Assembly: GCA_035544615.1 (NCBI GenBank)
Contig: DATKEA010000002.1
Span: 2,795 to 66,794, forward strand
Source: Acidimicrobiia bacterium
GTDB taxonomy: Bacteria > Actinomycetota > Acidimicrobiia > Spongiisociales > ZC4RG35
Reading direction: 5' to 3'
DNA length: 64,000 nt
Positions within the stretch are counted from its first letter, which is position 1. Each line of letters starts with the position of its first letter. Both the position numbers and the translations under genes were made by a program. This document shows, piece by piece, positions 9,478-19,194 of this stretch. The notes under the pieces were generated by a model, which saw nothing but the letters and a program-made list of their open reading frames with translations, was not told where the DNA came from and made no database searches.

Positions 9478-10601
9478 TAACCCGCCCGGTAGGCCCGGGC
9501 CACCACCTCGAAGGCTTCCTTCCGCTCCCATCGTGAGGGGGAGCCTTCCGAGCCTGCATCCAGCACCTTGACCAACCCGTACCCGGCCATGTCCAGATCG
9601 AAGGCTGGATCAGGAGCGTGGGGAAAGTACGGCTGGGCGAAGTCGAACACGTATGCCCCGCGCACTCCCTCTTCGACGAAGATGCGGAGTAGGTCGTCGA
9701 TACATCGCGCCTGAGTCTGCTCGCTCCGGCGATGGCCGGCATTGAGCCTCGGTGGATCCTGGTCGAAGTCGACGATGGTCCATCCACCGCCGCCCAGTCG
9801 CTCGGCTCCCTCGAATGCGGCGCAGCCGAACTCTGTGATCAAAACGGGCTTAGCCCACTTGAACAGTCGGCGAAGGTCGGTGACGTAGCTCTTCTCGTTC
9901 CAATGGTCTCGGTAGAGGTTGACGCCAACCAGGTCGAATGGGCTCCAGTCGACCGACTCCCAGGTTCCGGCGCCGTAGGTGATCGGGCCGCCGAAGTGCT
10001 CCCTGGCCGCTGCCGCCACGTCGACGAGGTGGCGGTTCAGACGGGAGTTCACCGCGGGCAGGAATGGCCATACCCAGGCCAGGTTGCGCATCCGCGACAA
10101 GAAGGTCCGACCGGGAAGGAAGCCGCGGGTGAACAGGCTGATTTCGCAGCCGGTGTTGAGGGTCACCTCCCCTTGGCCGCGGAGGCGCTCGGCGACTCGT
10201 GCCCCGGCCTCGACAAAGGCGAGCCCCTGCTCACGGTCCTGGTCGATCGACCGCGGCTGAATCGAGACACGCAGCCCTTCTCGGAGCGCCAGGCGGCCGG
10301 CTTCCTCGAGCCGGCCAAGGTCGGTCCCGTACACGTTGACGTCGCTGCAATGGAGGTCGGAGCGGATCGCCGCCATGTCGTAGGCGACCTCCCGCTCCGT
10401 CCACGTAACCCGGGAGATCTCGCCGCGCCGATACTCGGTGCCCGTGTCATAGTTGACCCCCTTCACCGAGAGCCCTTGGCTTGTCGGCTGGGCGCCGCTC
10501 AGTATTCGGTCTCCCCGGCCAGGGGGCCCGAGATAGGCAGGGTCATTTGCCCACTCGCTCCCGTCGCGCCGCCAGCAACTCGGCCGCACGCTCGATGTCA
10601 A
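9477..10601 (-). CDS. Putative glycoside-hydrolase-superfamily (clan GH-A-like TIM barrel) protein
   Basis: NTGCE (Asn-Glu acid/base-like) and LITEFGC (nucleophile-like) motifs occur at typical spacing, and good GC3 bias is seen. The N-terminal 59 nt overlap the topA 3' end, so the true start may be internal. Confidence 0.45.
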   Translation of the reverse strand: MTSSVRPSCWRRDGSEWANDPAYLGPPGRGDRILSGAQPTSQGLSVKGVNYDTGTEYRRGEISRVTWTEREVAYDMAAIRSDLHCSDVNVYGTDLGRLEEAGRLALREGLRVSIQPRSIDQDREQGLAFVEAGARVAERLRGQGEVTLNTGCEISLFTRGFLPGRTFLSRMRNLAWVWPFLPAVNSRLNRHLVDVAAAAREHFGGPITYGAGTWESVDWSPFDLVGVNLYRDHWNEKSYVTDLRRLFKWAKPVLITEFGCAAFEGAERLGGGGWTIVDFDQDPPRLNAGHRRSEQTQARCIDDLLRIFVEEGVRGAYVFDFAQPYFPHAPDPAFDLDMAGYGLVKVLDAGSEGSPSRWERKEAFEVVARAYRAG

Positions 10602-13104
10602 TCGTCTCCGGTGAGTCGCCCTGTCGCAATGATGCGTTGACCTCGCCGTCAGTCACATAGGGGCCATACCGGCCAGTACGCACGGTGACCGGCTTGCCAC
10701 TGACGGGATCCGGGCCCAGATCCTTGAGTGGGCCTGAGGCGCGCTGACCGCGCCGCCGCGGCGGCTCGGCGAGGAGTTTGAGTGCCTCGTCCACGGTGAG
10801 GGCGAAAAGCTGTTCTTCGTTCTCCAGACTTCGGCGGTCGGCGCCTCGCTGGATGTAGGGCCCGTAACGCCCGTTCAGGGCGACGATGTCGACACCGTCG
10901 AGGTCGGTGCCCACGGTTCGGGGCAATGACAACAGCTTCAACGCGTTGTCGAGTGACAGCTCATCGAGCGACATGGTCTTGAGCAAGGAGGCTCGTTTCG
11001 GTTTCTCCTTGCCGCCTTCCTCCGCCTCGCCAAGCTGGACATACGGTCCAAACCGCCCTGTCTTGCCGAGCACGATCAGCCCGGTTTCGGGGTCGGTTCC
11101 GAGGATCTTGTCACCGGCGTTCTGGGTCTCGACGAGCTCCTTCGCCTTCTCCACGGTCAGTTCGTCGGGGGCGACGTCCTCGGGGATAGAAGCTCGCTCC
11201 TCGCCGATCTCCACGTACGGCCCGTACCGCCCGATGCGGGCCACAACGTCGTTGCCCGAGTCATCGACGCCGATCGGGATGGAGCCGATGGCTCGGGGGT
11301 CGATCTCGTCGAGCCGGGAAGCAACCTTGTGCTTGAGGCCATCATCGCCGAAATAGAAGGCGGTCAGCCAGGGGACCGACTGTTCCTCACCGGTGGCTAT
11401 ACGGTCGAGATCGTTCTCCATGGAAGCGGTGAAGCTGTAGTCGACAAGCTGGGGAAAGTGCTTTTCGAGCAGGGCCACCACCCCGAACGCGGTGAACGTG
11501 GGGACCAGTGCGGTGCCTTTCTTCCACACGTAACCCCGGTCCTGGATCGTCGACATGATCGAGGCATAGGTAGAGGGTCGCCCGACACCGAGCTCTTCCA
11601 GTCTCTGGACCAGCGAAGCTTCGGTGTAACGAGCCGGGGGCCGGGTCTCGTGCCCGGTCGGCTCGATTCTCTGCACCGCGAGTGAGTGACCTTCGGTCAG
11701 AGGGGGCAGGATGCTCTCCTTGTCGTCCAGCTCCGTGTCGGGGTCGTCGCTGCCTTGCACATAGGCTCGCAGGAACCCCGGAAACGTGATCGTCCGGCCA
11801 CTGGTGCCAAACACCGTCGGCCGACCGTCGCCGGCTGTGGCTCCGATGCGGGCCGACACGCTGACTCCCCTGGCGTCGGCCATCTGGGATGCAATGGTCC
11901 TCTTCCAGATGAGATCGTAGAGGCGGGCCTCGTCCGGGCCCACCGAGGCGGCAATCTGTTCCGGCGTGGGGAAGGTGTCGCCCGCCGGTCGAATCGCTTC
12001 GTGAGCCTCCTGCGCCCCTTTCACCTTCGAGGCATAGACGCGGGGTTTTGGCGACAGGTAATCCTGGCCGTACAGCTTCGAGATCTGAGAGCGGGCCGCG
12101 GCCATGGCGGTGCCCGACAGCGAAGTCGAGTCGGTGCGCATATAGGTGATGTGGCCGTTCTCGTAGAGACGCTGGGCGACGGACATCGTCCGGGACGAGG
12201 AAAAGCGAAGCTTTCTGCTTGCCTCTTGCTGCAGGGTCGATGTCCTGAAGGGCGGGTATGGCGATCTCTTGTATGGCTTCTCCTCGACCGATTGGACCTG
12301 GAATGAAGTGTCGAGAAGCGCCTCGGCGAGCGTTGTGGCCCCACTCTTGTCGAGAACGAGGACGCCCTGTTTCGGCGCTCCGTCGGCGCCGAAGTCCTTG
12401 CCGGTGGCCACGCGTTGCTCGTCCACCTGGAGGAGAGTTGCCTCAAAGGTCGAACCGAGGTCTGAGGAAGGAGCGAAGGTCCCCTCGAGGCTCCAATACG
12501 CCGCCGAGGTGAACGCCATGCGTTCTCTCTCCCGCTCGACCACGATCCTCACCGCGACGCTCTGGACCCTGCCCGCCGAGAGGCCCTGTTGGATCTTGCG
12601 CCACAGGACCGGCGAGACCTCGTAGCCGTAGAGCCGGTCGAGGATGCGACGTGCCTCTTGAGCCTGGACCAGCCGCTCGTCGAGCTGTCTCGGGTTGGCG
12701 AAGGCCTCCTCGATCGCCTGTTTGGTGATCTCATGGAACACCATCCGGTGAACCGGCACTTTGGGCTTCAAGGCCTCGGTGAGATGCCACGCGATCGACT
12801 CACCCTCGCGGTCTTCGTCGGTGGCCAGATAGAGCTCGTCCACCCCGGCCAGCATGTCCTTCAACATCTTGACCCGATCCCGTCGCTCCTTGGGGATCAC
12901 GTAAAGCGGTTCGAAGTCGTTGTCGACATTGACTCCCAATCGGGCCCAGACCTCGCCTTTGGCGCGGGCGGGTATCTCCGCAGCCGACCTGGGGAGGTCG
13001 CGGATGTGTCCCATCGAAGACTCGACCGCCACGTCCGATCCGAGGAATGCGGAGATGGTTCTGGCCTTCGTCGGCGACTCGACTATGACAAGGCTTTTGG
13101 GCAT
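10543..13104 (-). CDS. topA: DNA topoisomerase I
   Basis: Toprim start MPKSLVIVESPTKA and DEDREGE, the active-site region YITYMRTDS, and actinobacterial C-terminal GRYGPYV/GRFGPYV repeats. Confidence 0.95.
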   Translation of the reverse strand: MPKSLVIVESPTKARTISAFLGSDVAVESSMGHIRDLPRSAAEIPARAKGEVWARLGVNVDNDFEPLYVIPKERRDRVKMLKDMLAGVDELYLATDEDREGESIAWHLTEALKPKVPVHRMVFHEITKQAIEEAFANPRQLDERLVQAQEARRILDRLYGYEVSPVLWRKIQQGLSAGRVQSVAVRIVVERERERMAFTSAAYWSLEGTFAPSSDLGSTFEATLLQVDEQRVATGKDFGADGAPKQGVLVLDKSGATTLAEALLDTSFQVQSVEEKPYKRSPYPPFRTSTLQQEASRKLRFSSSRTMSVAQRLYENGHITYMRTDSTSLSGTAMAAARSQISKLYGQDYLSPKPRVYASKVKGAQEAHEAIRPAGDTFPTPEQIAASVGPDEARLYDLIWKRTIASQMADARGVSVSARIGATAGDGRPTVFGTSGRTITFPGFLRAYVQGSDDPDTELDDKESILPPLTEGHSLAVQRIEPTGHETRPPARYTEASLVQRLEELGVGRPSTYASIMSTIQDRGYVWKKGTALVPTFTAFGVVALLEKHFPQLVDYSFTASMENDLDRIATGEEQSVPWLTAFYFGDDGLKHKVASRLDEIDPRAIGSIPIGVDDSGNDVVARIGRYGPYVEIGEERASIPEDVAPDELTVEKAKELVETQNAGDKILGTDPETGLIVLGKTGRFGPYVQLGEAEEGGKEKPKRASLLKTMSLDELSLDNALKLLSLPRTVGTDLDGVDIVALNGRYGPYIQRGADRRSLENEEQLFALTVDEALKLLAEPPRRRGQRASGPLKDLGPDPVSGKPVTVRTGRYGPYVTDGEVNASLRQGDSPETIDIERAAELLAARRERVGK

Positions 13105-13184
13105 ACGCCTGCAGAGTTGACCGCATGGAGCCGGCATATGTCAATATGGCTCCCGTCAGATGAGACCGTTACCGTCTGTTTTCT

Positions 13185-13805
13185 GTGGCTACGAATGGGT
13201 CCCGGAATCACCGGTACATCGGGCTGGAAGGCGGCGACGGGAGCGGCAAGACGACACTATCGGCAGCTCTGGCCACCCGCCTCCGGGCCGAAGGCGATGA
13301 GGTGGTGGAAGTGCGCGAGCCGGGCGGCACCTCGCTGGGTGAGAGTGTCAGACAGCTGTTGCTCGACTCAGAGCAGGTCGACCCCTGGGCCGAAGTCTTC
13401 CTCTTTGCCGCCCAACGGGCCCAATTGGCCAACGAGGTGATAGCCCCGGCCCTCGACCGTGGCGCCTGGGTGATCAGTGACCGGACGTACTACTCGTCGA
13501 TTGCATATCAGGGGCGGGCTCGAGGTCTCGGAGAGGAGCGGGTGCGCCAGATCAACGAGGTCGGCCTCGCCGGGGTGATCCCGGAACGGGTGTTTGTCAT
13601 CGAGGTCGACCCGGGAGTTGCATTGGGCCGCCAGAGCCGCCCGGACCGGATCGGCCGCGAAGGAGTGAGGTTTCAGAGTGAGGTGCGTGCCGCTTATCGG
13701 GATCTGGCCGTCATCGAGCCCGAACGAGTGGTCTTGCTCGACGGCACGCTTCCGGTGCACGATCTGGTGAGTCGGATAATGGAGGTCATGGGTGAGCCCA
13801 TTTGA
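13185..13805 (+). CDS. tmk: dTMP (thymidylate) kinase
   Basis: P-loop IGLEGGDGSGKTT and DRTYYSSIAYQG. It is followed by holB with a 14-nt overlap. Confidence 0.9.
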   Translation: MATNGSRNHRYIGLEGGDGSGKTTLSAALATRLRAEGDEVVEVREPGGTSLGESVRQLLLDSEQVDPWAEVFLFAAQRAQLANEVIAPALDRGAWVISDRTYYSSIAYQGRARGLGEERVRQINEVGLAGVIPERVFVIEVDPGVALGRQSRPDRIGREGVRFQSEVRAAYRDLAVIEPERVVLLDGTLPVHDLVSRIMEVMGEPI

Positions 13806-14826
13806 AGGGGTGATCGGCCACGATCGGGTGGTTGAGCTCCTGTTGCGAGAAGTGGCCGCACCGGCCCAGGCCTATCTCCTCACCGGGCCGGAGTCGGTCG
13901 GGAAAGGAACGCTGGCCTTCCGTTTCGCCGCCGCCTTGCTGTGCAAGCAGGGCGGCGATCATGAGGTCGAGTGCCGATCGTGTCGTTTGGTGAGGACTGT
14001 GGGGCACCCCGATGTCACCGTCATCGAACCGGAGGGCGCCACCAGTCTCGGTGTCGACCAAGCTCGGGCGGTGGTGACCCGGGCGTCGCTCCGCCCTGTC
14101 GAGTCCGACAAGACGGTCTTCCTCTTTCCCGAGGCGGGGGCAATGACCGATCAAGCAGCCAACGCCCTGCTCAAGACTCTCGAGGAGCCCACGGCGTCGG
14201 TGGTGTTCATCCTCGTGGCCGAGTCGGAGGACGACTTCCCATCCACGGTCGCTTCCCGTTGTCGCACCATCCACGTCGGGCGGGTCCCGTTGGATGTGAT
14301 GGTGGTGGCGCTGGAGGAGCGTGGCATGACCACCTCCCAGGCTGAGGGTGTGGCCGCGGTGTCCGGGGGCAGACCTGGGCTGGCACTGGCCTTGATGAAC
14401 CGACCCGAGGTGTCGCGGTTCCGTGATCTGTGGCTGTCGATCCCGGGCCAGGTGACCCCTCGCCCCGGGGATGGGCACCGATTGGCCTCCGGGGTGTTGG
14501 AGGAGATCACACCCTTGGTCGATCAGTCGGTGCAAGAAGACCTGCCCAAGGATCGGCAGCAGCGGGCTCGTCGGCGAGTGGAGCAGTCGTTGCTGGTCAA
14601 CGGTCTGGAGATCCTTGCCTCGTGGTACGCCGACTCGGCATCGCTGCAGATGGGTGGGCCGGTTCGCAACACCGACCTGCCTCTCGGCTCGTTCACCGAT
14701 GTCAGTCCCCGCAAAGCGGTCGCCTCGGCGGAGAAGATCCTCGATGCGGTGGTCGACATCCAGTCCAATCTCAGACGCGAGTTGGTCCTGGCCAATCTCT
14801 TCGCCGGTCTCGGCTCCGAGAGCTGA
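13792..14826 (+). CDS. holB: DNA polymerase III subunit delta'
   Basis: AYLLTGPESVGKGTLAFRFAAALLC with a Cys-x2-Cys zinc module (ECRSCRLV) and LLKTLEEP. It has the conserved tmk-holB pairing. Confidence 0.85.
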   Translation: MSPFEGVIGHDRVVELLLREVAAPAQAYLLTGPESVGKGTLAFRFAAALLCKQGGDHEVECRSCRLVRTVGHPDVTVIEPEGATSLGVDQARAVVTRASLRPVESDKTVFLFPEAGAMTDQAANALLKTLEEPTASVVFILVAESEDDFPSTVASRCRTIHVGRVPLDVMVVALEERGMTTSQAEGVAAVSGGRPGLALALMNRPEVSRFRDLWLSIPGQVTPRPGDGHRLASGVLEEITPLVDQSVQEDLPKDRQQRARRRVEQSLLVNGLEILASWYADSASLQMGGPVRNTDLPLGSFTDVSPRKAVASAEKILDAVVDIQSNLRRELVLANLFAGLGSES

Positions 14827-14971
14827 CCAGCTCGATCTCAAACCTGCCCCGACACTCAACCGACAGGGAAGGGGATCGGATTCGCCGATGATTCGATCGC
14901 TTGGTCGGCGATCACCGTGTGGCTCGATCATCTGGCTCAGCCGTGGCCCAGCCTTTACCATTCGGCCTCCA

Positions 14972-15046
14972 GCCGGAGTAGCTCAGTGGTAGAGCGAGTC
15001 ACTCGTAATGACTAGGCCAGGGGTTCGACTCCCCTCTCCGGCTCCA
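14972..15046 (+). tRNA. tRNA-Thr (anticodon CGU), CCA encoded
   Basis: Cloverleaf read by eye. Acceptor GCCGGAG/CTCCGGC; D-arm GCTCAGTGGTAGAGC; anticodon stem AGTCA/TGACT with loop CTCGTAA; T-arm GGGGTTCGACTCCCC; discriminator T plus CCA. Confidence 0.9.
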
Positions 15047-15135
15047 CGCTTGTCCACTCATCGCTGACCCGTTTCTCGACTCGGGTTCGACCTCGACTTA
15101 GGGCTTAACATTCACGCCTTGTACCGTCTCTTTCG

Positions 15136-15714
15136 ATGGCTGACCAGGCCGACTTCGAGCGCGATGCGATGCAGTTCACCCGTCAGCTGTACAGCGCCGC
15201 CATGCGCATGACCCGAAACCCTTCCGACGCCGAGGATCTGGTCCAGGAGACCTACCTCAAGGCATACCGGGCCTATCACACCTTCGAGGAGGGCACCAAC
15301 CTCAAAGCCTGGCTGTACCGGATCCTCACCAACACCTACATCAACAAGTATCGCAAGGAGTCGCGCCGACCCTCGGAGGTCGATCTTGGCTCGGTGGAGG
15401 ACCTCTACCTGTATCGGCGAATCGGGTCGGAGGAGTCGGCCGAAGTGGCGCGGACAACCGAGGACAGAGTGCTCGACGGGCTGGTCGAGTCCGACATCAA
15501 GAAGGCCGTCGAGGACCTTCCGGAGAACTTCCGGCTCCCCGTTCTCCTCGCCGATCTCGAAGGATTCTCCTACAAGGAGATCGCAGAAATCCTCGATGTC
15601 CCCATCGGGACCGTCATGTCCCGCCTGCACCGGGGAAGAAAGGCGATGCAGAAATCGTTGTGGGAGTACGCAGTGAAACGAGGGCTTGTGCCCGAAGGTG
15701 CGGAGAGACCATGA
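15136..15714 (+). CDS. sigH: ECF-type RNA polymerase sigma factor SigH/SigR family
   Basis: Region 2 [14 protein letters not shown]...[21 protein letters not shown] and region 4 [25 protein letters not shown]. It is paired with a ZAS anti-sigma gene. Confidence 0.85.
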   Translation: MADQADFERDAMQFTRQLYSAAMRMTRNPSDAEDLVQETYLKAYRAYHTFEEGTNLKAWLYRILTNTYINKYRKESRRPSEVDLGSVEDLYLYRRIGSEESAEVARTTEDRVLDGLVESDIKKAVEDLPENFRLPVLLADLEGFSYKEIAEILDVPIGTVMSRLHRGRKAMQKSLWEYAVKRGLVPEGAERP

Positions 15715-15956
15715 GTAGCCGTGAGTGTGACGACGCACTGACCAACCTGTATCGATATCTCGACCGGGAGGCCGATGTCATCAGTGCCGAGCAGATTCGG
15801 GCCCACCTCGACGATTGCTCGGGATGTCTGCGCAGCTTTGACTTCGAATCCCGGCTCAAGGTCGTGATCAGGGAGCGTCTTTCCGAGGAAGTTCCAGCCG
15901 AGTTCATCCAGCGTCTTCGTCAGGCCGTCGCCCGTGAGTCAACCACCCCGTTGTGA
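15711..15956 (+). CDS. rshA: Zinc-binding anti-sigma factor (RshA/RsrA, ZAS family)
   Basis: ATGA overlap with the sigH stop. It has an N-terminal Cys (SRECDD) and an HxxxCxxC motif (HLDDCSGC). Confidence 0.8.
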   Translation: MSSRECDDALTNLYRYLDREADVISAEQIRAHLDDCSGCLRSFDFESRLKVVIRERLSEEVPAEFIQRLRQAVARESTTPL

Positions 15957-15996
15957 TGTTCCCCATTTCCGATCGGCCGGGTACCCTGCGCATCAG

Positions 15997-16317
15997 ATGA
16001 GGCGATTCACCCGCATCGCAATCCTCTTGGTCGTGGCCGGGCCATTCTTCGCCCTGGTGGCAAGCCCGGTGCTGGCCACGGAGGAAACGGATTCGACTGC
16101 ACCCGCCGACGAGACGGAGCAGACGGTTCCGGTGACCTCCGACATCGAGCCCGCCGTCCCGATTACGACGCCGGCAGCCATCGAGACCGAGCTCGACTGG
16201 ACCTACCGCTACATGATCCCCACCGCGATTCTCCTGGCGGTGTTGGTGATCGTGGTGACAACCGTCCAGTACTTCACCTCGGTGGTCCGCAAGCGGTATC
16301 GAATCGTAAAAGAGTGA
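15997..16317 (+). CDS. Small secreted/membrane-anchored protein, unknown function
   Basis: Signal-like N-terminus (RIAILLVVAGPFFALVASPVLA), an acidic Thr/Pro-rich middle region and a C-terminal TM segment (IPTAILLAVLVIVVTTV). Confidence 0.5.
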   Translation: MRRFTRIAILLVVAGPFFALVASPVLATEETDSTAPADETEQTVPVTSDIEPAVPITTPAAIETELDWTYRYMIPTAILLAVLVIVVTTVQYFTSVVRKRYRIVKE

Positions 16318-17357
16318 CTTCCGACCGGTCCGGCTCGAACCGTCTCGCCGGACGCATCGCCGGTACGTATGCCCTCGGGGACACTTATCACCGATCTGCC
16401 CTCGAGGCGGACATGACTCGTCTGACAGAACGGGTTTCACGACTCGTCCCCGAAGCCACCGGGCTTTTGCTGCCCGGCGAACCATCGACGGTGGTCATCG
16501 GGAGGGCCGAGTGGATCGAGCGGAACGTGGCCAGCTTCTCCCACTTGATGGAGCCGATTCAGCGCCAACTGGTCGAGAGGATCGATCAGTCGAGCAGCGG
16601 AGCCCGGGGCGCCGCGATGTTCACCAAGCGGATGATGCAAGCGGAGATGACCGCGCTGCTCGGAGTCATTGCCCGTCGAGTTCTCGGCCAGTACGAATTG
16701 GTGCTGCCGACCGGGGAGGACGGCGATGTGGTCACCTTTGTCGGGCCCAACATCATGCAGATCGAGAGAACCCACCAATTCCGACCTGAGGAGTTCAGGT
16801 TCTGGGTCGCCCTTCACGAGCTCACCCATCGGGCGCAGTTCCAGGGCGTGCCCTGGCTTCGCGACTATTTCATGGGACTGGTGGCCGAGCTGGTGGAGCA
16901 GTCCCGGCCCGAGCCCGGGCGGATGAACCGGATCATCGACGAGATTTCCCGGCGTCGCGGCGCCGGGGACCCAATCATCGACGAAAGAGGGCTGCTCGGG
17001 CTCTTCGCATCCTCGGAGCAGAGCATTGTCATCGACAAGGTTCAGGCCCTCATGTCCCTGTTGGAAGGTCACGGCCACGTCGTCATGGACCGGCTCGGGC
17101 ACGAGCATCTCCGCTCACAGGAGCGCATGAGCAAGGTGCTCAAAGCCCGGCGCAAGGACAAGCGCACCGCCGCTTTCTTCCGCCTGACCGGGCTCGAGAT
17201 GAAGATGAACCAGTATCTGAGAGGGGAGAGGTTCATCAAGGCCGTCGAGCGCGAGGCCGGCTGGCAGACGATCGCGCTGGCCTTTCGCGGAGTAGGGAGC
17301 CTGCCAACCCTCGAAGAGATCGAGGCGCCCGAGCGATGGTTGAGACGCGTCGCCTGA
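16314..17357 (+). CDS. Zinc-dependent metalloprotease, DUF2342 family (F420-biosynthesis-associated hydrolase type)
   Basis: HExxH motif in WVALHELTHRAQF. Its size and its position upstream of tilS-hpt match other actinobacteria. Confidence 0.75.
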   Translation: MTSDRSGSNRLAGRIAGTYALGDTYHRSALEADMTRLTERVSRLVPEATGLLLPGEPSTVVIGRAEWIERNVASFSHLMEPIQRQLVERIDQSSSGARGAAMFTKRMMQAEMTALLGVIARRVLGQYELVLPTGEDGDVVTFVGPNIMQIERTHQFRPEEFRFWVALHELTHRAQFQGVPWLRDYFMGLVAELVEQSRPEPGRMNRIIDEISRRRGAGDPIIDERGLLGLFASSEQSIVIDKVQALMSLLEGHGHVVMDRLGHEHLRSQERMSKVLKARRKDKRTAAFFRLTGLEMKMNQYLRGERFIKAVEREAGWQTIALAFRGVGSLPTLEEIEAPERWLRRVA

Positions 17358-18583
17358 CCGAGCTCGTAGCCAGGTTGGGGGGTCTTCTCGATGCTCCCCG
17401 AGGAAACCTGGCTGTCGCACTCTCGGGTGGGGCGGACTCGGCTAGCCTCGCCTACCTCCTCACCACCATCGGCCGGCCGTTCCGAGCGATCCATTGCGAT
17501 CACGGGCTCACCGATTCGCCAAGACTGGCCAAAGCGGCCCGAGCCGTAGCCGAAAGCCTCGGAGCAGACCTCGACGTAGTGACCATCGAGGTCCCGCCCG
17601 GTGCCTCTTTGGAAGGACGGGCAAGACGAGCCCGGTACGACGCTTTTGTCGAGTGGGGAGCAACCGGCGAGTGGCTTCTCACCGCTCATACCCGGGATGA
17701 TCAAGCAGAGACGGTCCTGATGAATCTGTTGCGGGGCGCCGGCCCCGCCGGTTTGGCCGGCATCCCGCCACGCTCGGGGTTCATCGCCCGACCCCTGCTC
17801 GCCGCCAGTCGCTCCGAGACGCGCGAGCTGGCCGCCCTGGCCAAGCTGCCGTTCTTCGACGACCCGAGCAACCTCGATTCGAGTTTGCGGCGGAACGCCA
17901 TCCGCCTCGAGATACTCCCGACGCTTTCCGCCAGATTCAACCCCAGACTCAGTGAAGCGTTGGCCCGATCGGCGCAACTCGTGCGCTCGGACGATTCCTA
18001 TCTCACCGAGAAGTCTCGGTCCGTTGTGGTTTTGACCCGCGACTCCTCGGTCGCGGTCGCCATCGGCGAGCTGTGGGCGGTCGCCAGACCACTCGCCGAT
18101 CGAGCCCTTCGCAGCTGTCTGGCCCGGGTCCGCCCGCCCCACTCGGGGACGGCCCAAGAGCTCGAACAGATCTGGGAAGTGGCCGGAGGTCTTCGCAACC
18201 GCGTCGACCTGACGGGTGGGATCGCGGTGGCCGCCGACGGCCCGTTGCTCGTGTTCCACCCGGAGCTCGGGGAGGCCCGAGCTTCCGAGCCCGTCGAACT
18301 GGTCGTAGGCACCAACCAGATCGGCGGGTTCGAGATGGTGGTCGAGCATGTCAACCGGGTGTGCCGCGTCGCCCCGCTCGGCTTGTGGTCCGCCGTTTTC
18401 GATCCCGAAGCTCGCTTGACGGCCCGGGCCGACGAAAGTGGACGTCTGATCATCGAGGCCGGCGAGCAGACGGCGTGGCTGCCTGGGGAGCGCCGGCTCG
18501 ACGTCGCCTGGTACCAGCCTGGGACCAACGGCTACCTTTCCGTCTTCGCCAGAGAGGAATGTGGATGGACATCAAGCCTCTGA
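17336..18583 (+). CDS. tilS: tRNA(Ile)-lysidine synthase
   Basis: PP-loop motif VALSGGADSASL and TAHTRDDQAETVLMNLLRG. It lies upstream of hpt. Confidence 0.85.
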   Translation: MVETRRLTELVARLGGLLDAPRGNLAVALSGGADSASLAYLLTTIGRPFRAIHCDHGLTDSPRLAKAARAVAESLGADLDVVTIEVPPGASLEGRARRARYDAFVEWGATGEWLLTAHTRDDQAETVLMNLLRGAGPAGLAGIPPRSGFIARPLLAASRSETRELAALAKLPFFDDPSNLDSSLRRNAIRLEILPTLSARFNPRLSEALARSAQLVRSDDSYLTEKSRSVVVLTRDSSVAVAIGELWAVARPLADRALRSCLARVRPPHSGTAQELEQIWEVAGGLRNRVDLTGGIAVAADGPLLVFHPELGEARASEPVELVVGTNQIGGFEMVVEHVNRVCRVAPLGLWSAVFDPEARLTARADESGRLIIEAGEQTAWLPGERRLDVAWYQPGTNGYLSVFAREECGWTSSL

Positions 18584-19086
18584 TCACAGAGAGCCAGATC
18601 GAGGCCAAGCTCGCCGAGCTCGGCCAACAGATCACCACCGACTATCAGGGCAAGGACCTGCTCCTGGTCGGGGTGCTTCGAGGCGCCTTCATGGTGATGG
18701 CCGACCTCGCCCGCCACATCGATCTTCCCGTCGAGTTCGACTTCATGGCCGTGTCGTCATACGGGGCATCCACACAGACTTCCGGTGTGGTTCGCATCTT
18801 GAAAGACCTCGACGAGGAGATTGCCGAGCGACACGTTCTGATCGTCGAGGACATCATCGATTCGGGACTGACCCTCAACTATCTGATGAAGAGCCTGAAT
18901 GTCCGCAAGCCGGCTTCGCTGGAGGTCGCAACCCTCCTCCTCAAGGAGGGGATCCAACGGGTCCCCATCGAGGTCAAGTACGTGGGTTTCCCCATCGGGC
19001 CAGAGTTCGTGGTCGGCTATGGCCTCGACTATGCCGGGAAGTACCGGAACCTTCCCTTTGTCGGGGTCATGGGCGGAGCCGGCTGA
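18559..19086 (+). CDS. hpt: Hypoxanthine-guanine phosphoribosyltransferase
   Basis: PRPP loop VLIVEDIIDSGLTL, LLVGVLRGAFMVMADL and VVGYGLDYAGKYRNLPF. The start is ATG 18559 or 18565, and it overlaps the tilS 3' end. Confidence 0.9.
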   Translation: MWMDIKPLITESQIEAKLAELGQQITTDYQGKDLLLVGVLRGAFMVMADLARHIDLPVEFDFMAVSSYGASTQTSGVVRILKDLDEEIAERHVLIVEDIIDSGLTLNYLMKSLNVRKPASLEVATLLLKEGIQRVPIEVKYVGFPIGPEFVVGYGLDYAGKYRNLPFVGVMGGAG

Positions 19087-19194
19087 CTATCCGGGTCTTG
19101 GAGGGCTCTTGAGCGAGATTGCGGGTTCGAATACTCAGGGGTTTCCCGTAGCATTGACCCCCTCAAGTCTTCCGAAGCCTGAACTGGGGTCTTT

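Noticed and set aside
13786-14961. 391-aa ORF antisense to holB
   Set aside because: The same reasoning applies. holB has P-loop and zinc-module motifs on the plus strand, while the antisense product is low-complexity.
15047-15135. Search for a SigH/SigR-type autoregulatory promoter (GGAAT-N18-GTT) upstream of sigH
   Set aside because: No GGAA(T/C) -35 element is present in the 89-nt interval, so I cannot support a promoter call from sequence alone.
17069-18349. 426-aa ORF antisense to tilS
   Set aside because: It is a mirror frame of a well-supported gene, with low-complexity Arg/Gly/Pro-rich translation.
19122-19132. GGGTTCGAATA string resembling a tRNA T-loop between hpt and ftsH
   Set aside because: No complementary T-stem, acceptor stem or anticodon arm can be drawn around it, so it is not a tRNA or a recognisable tRNA fragment.
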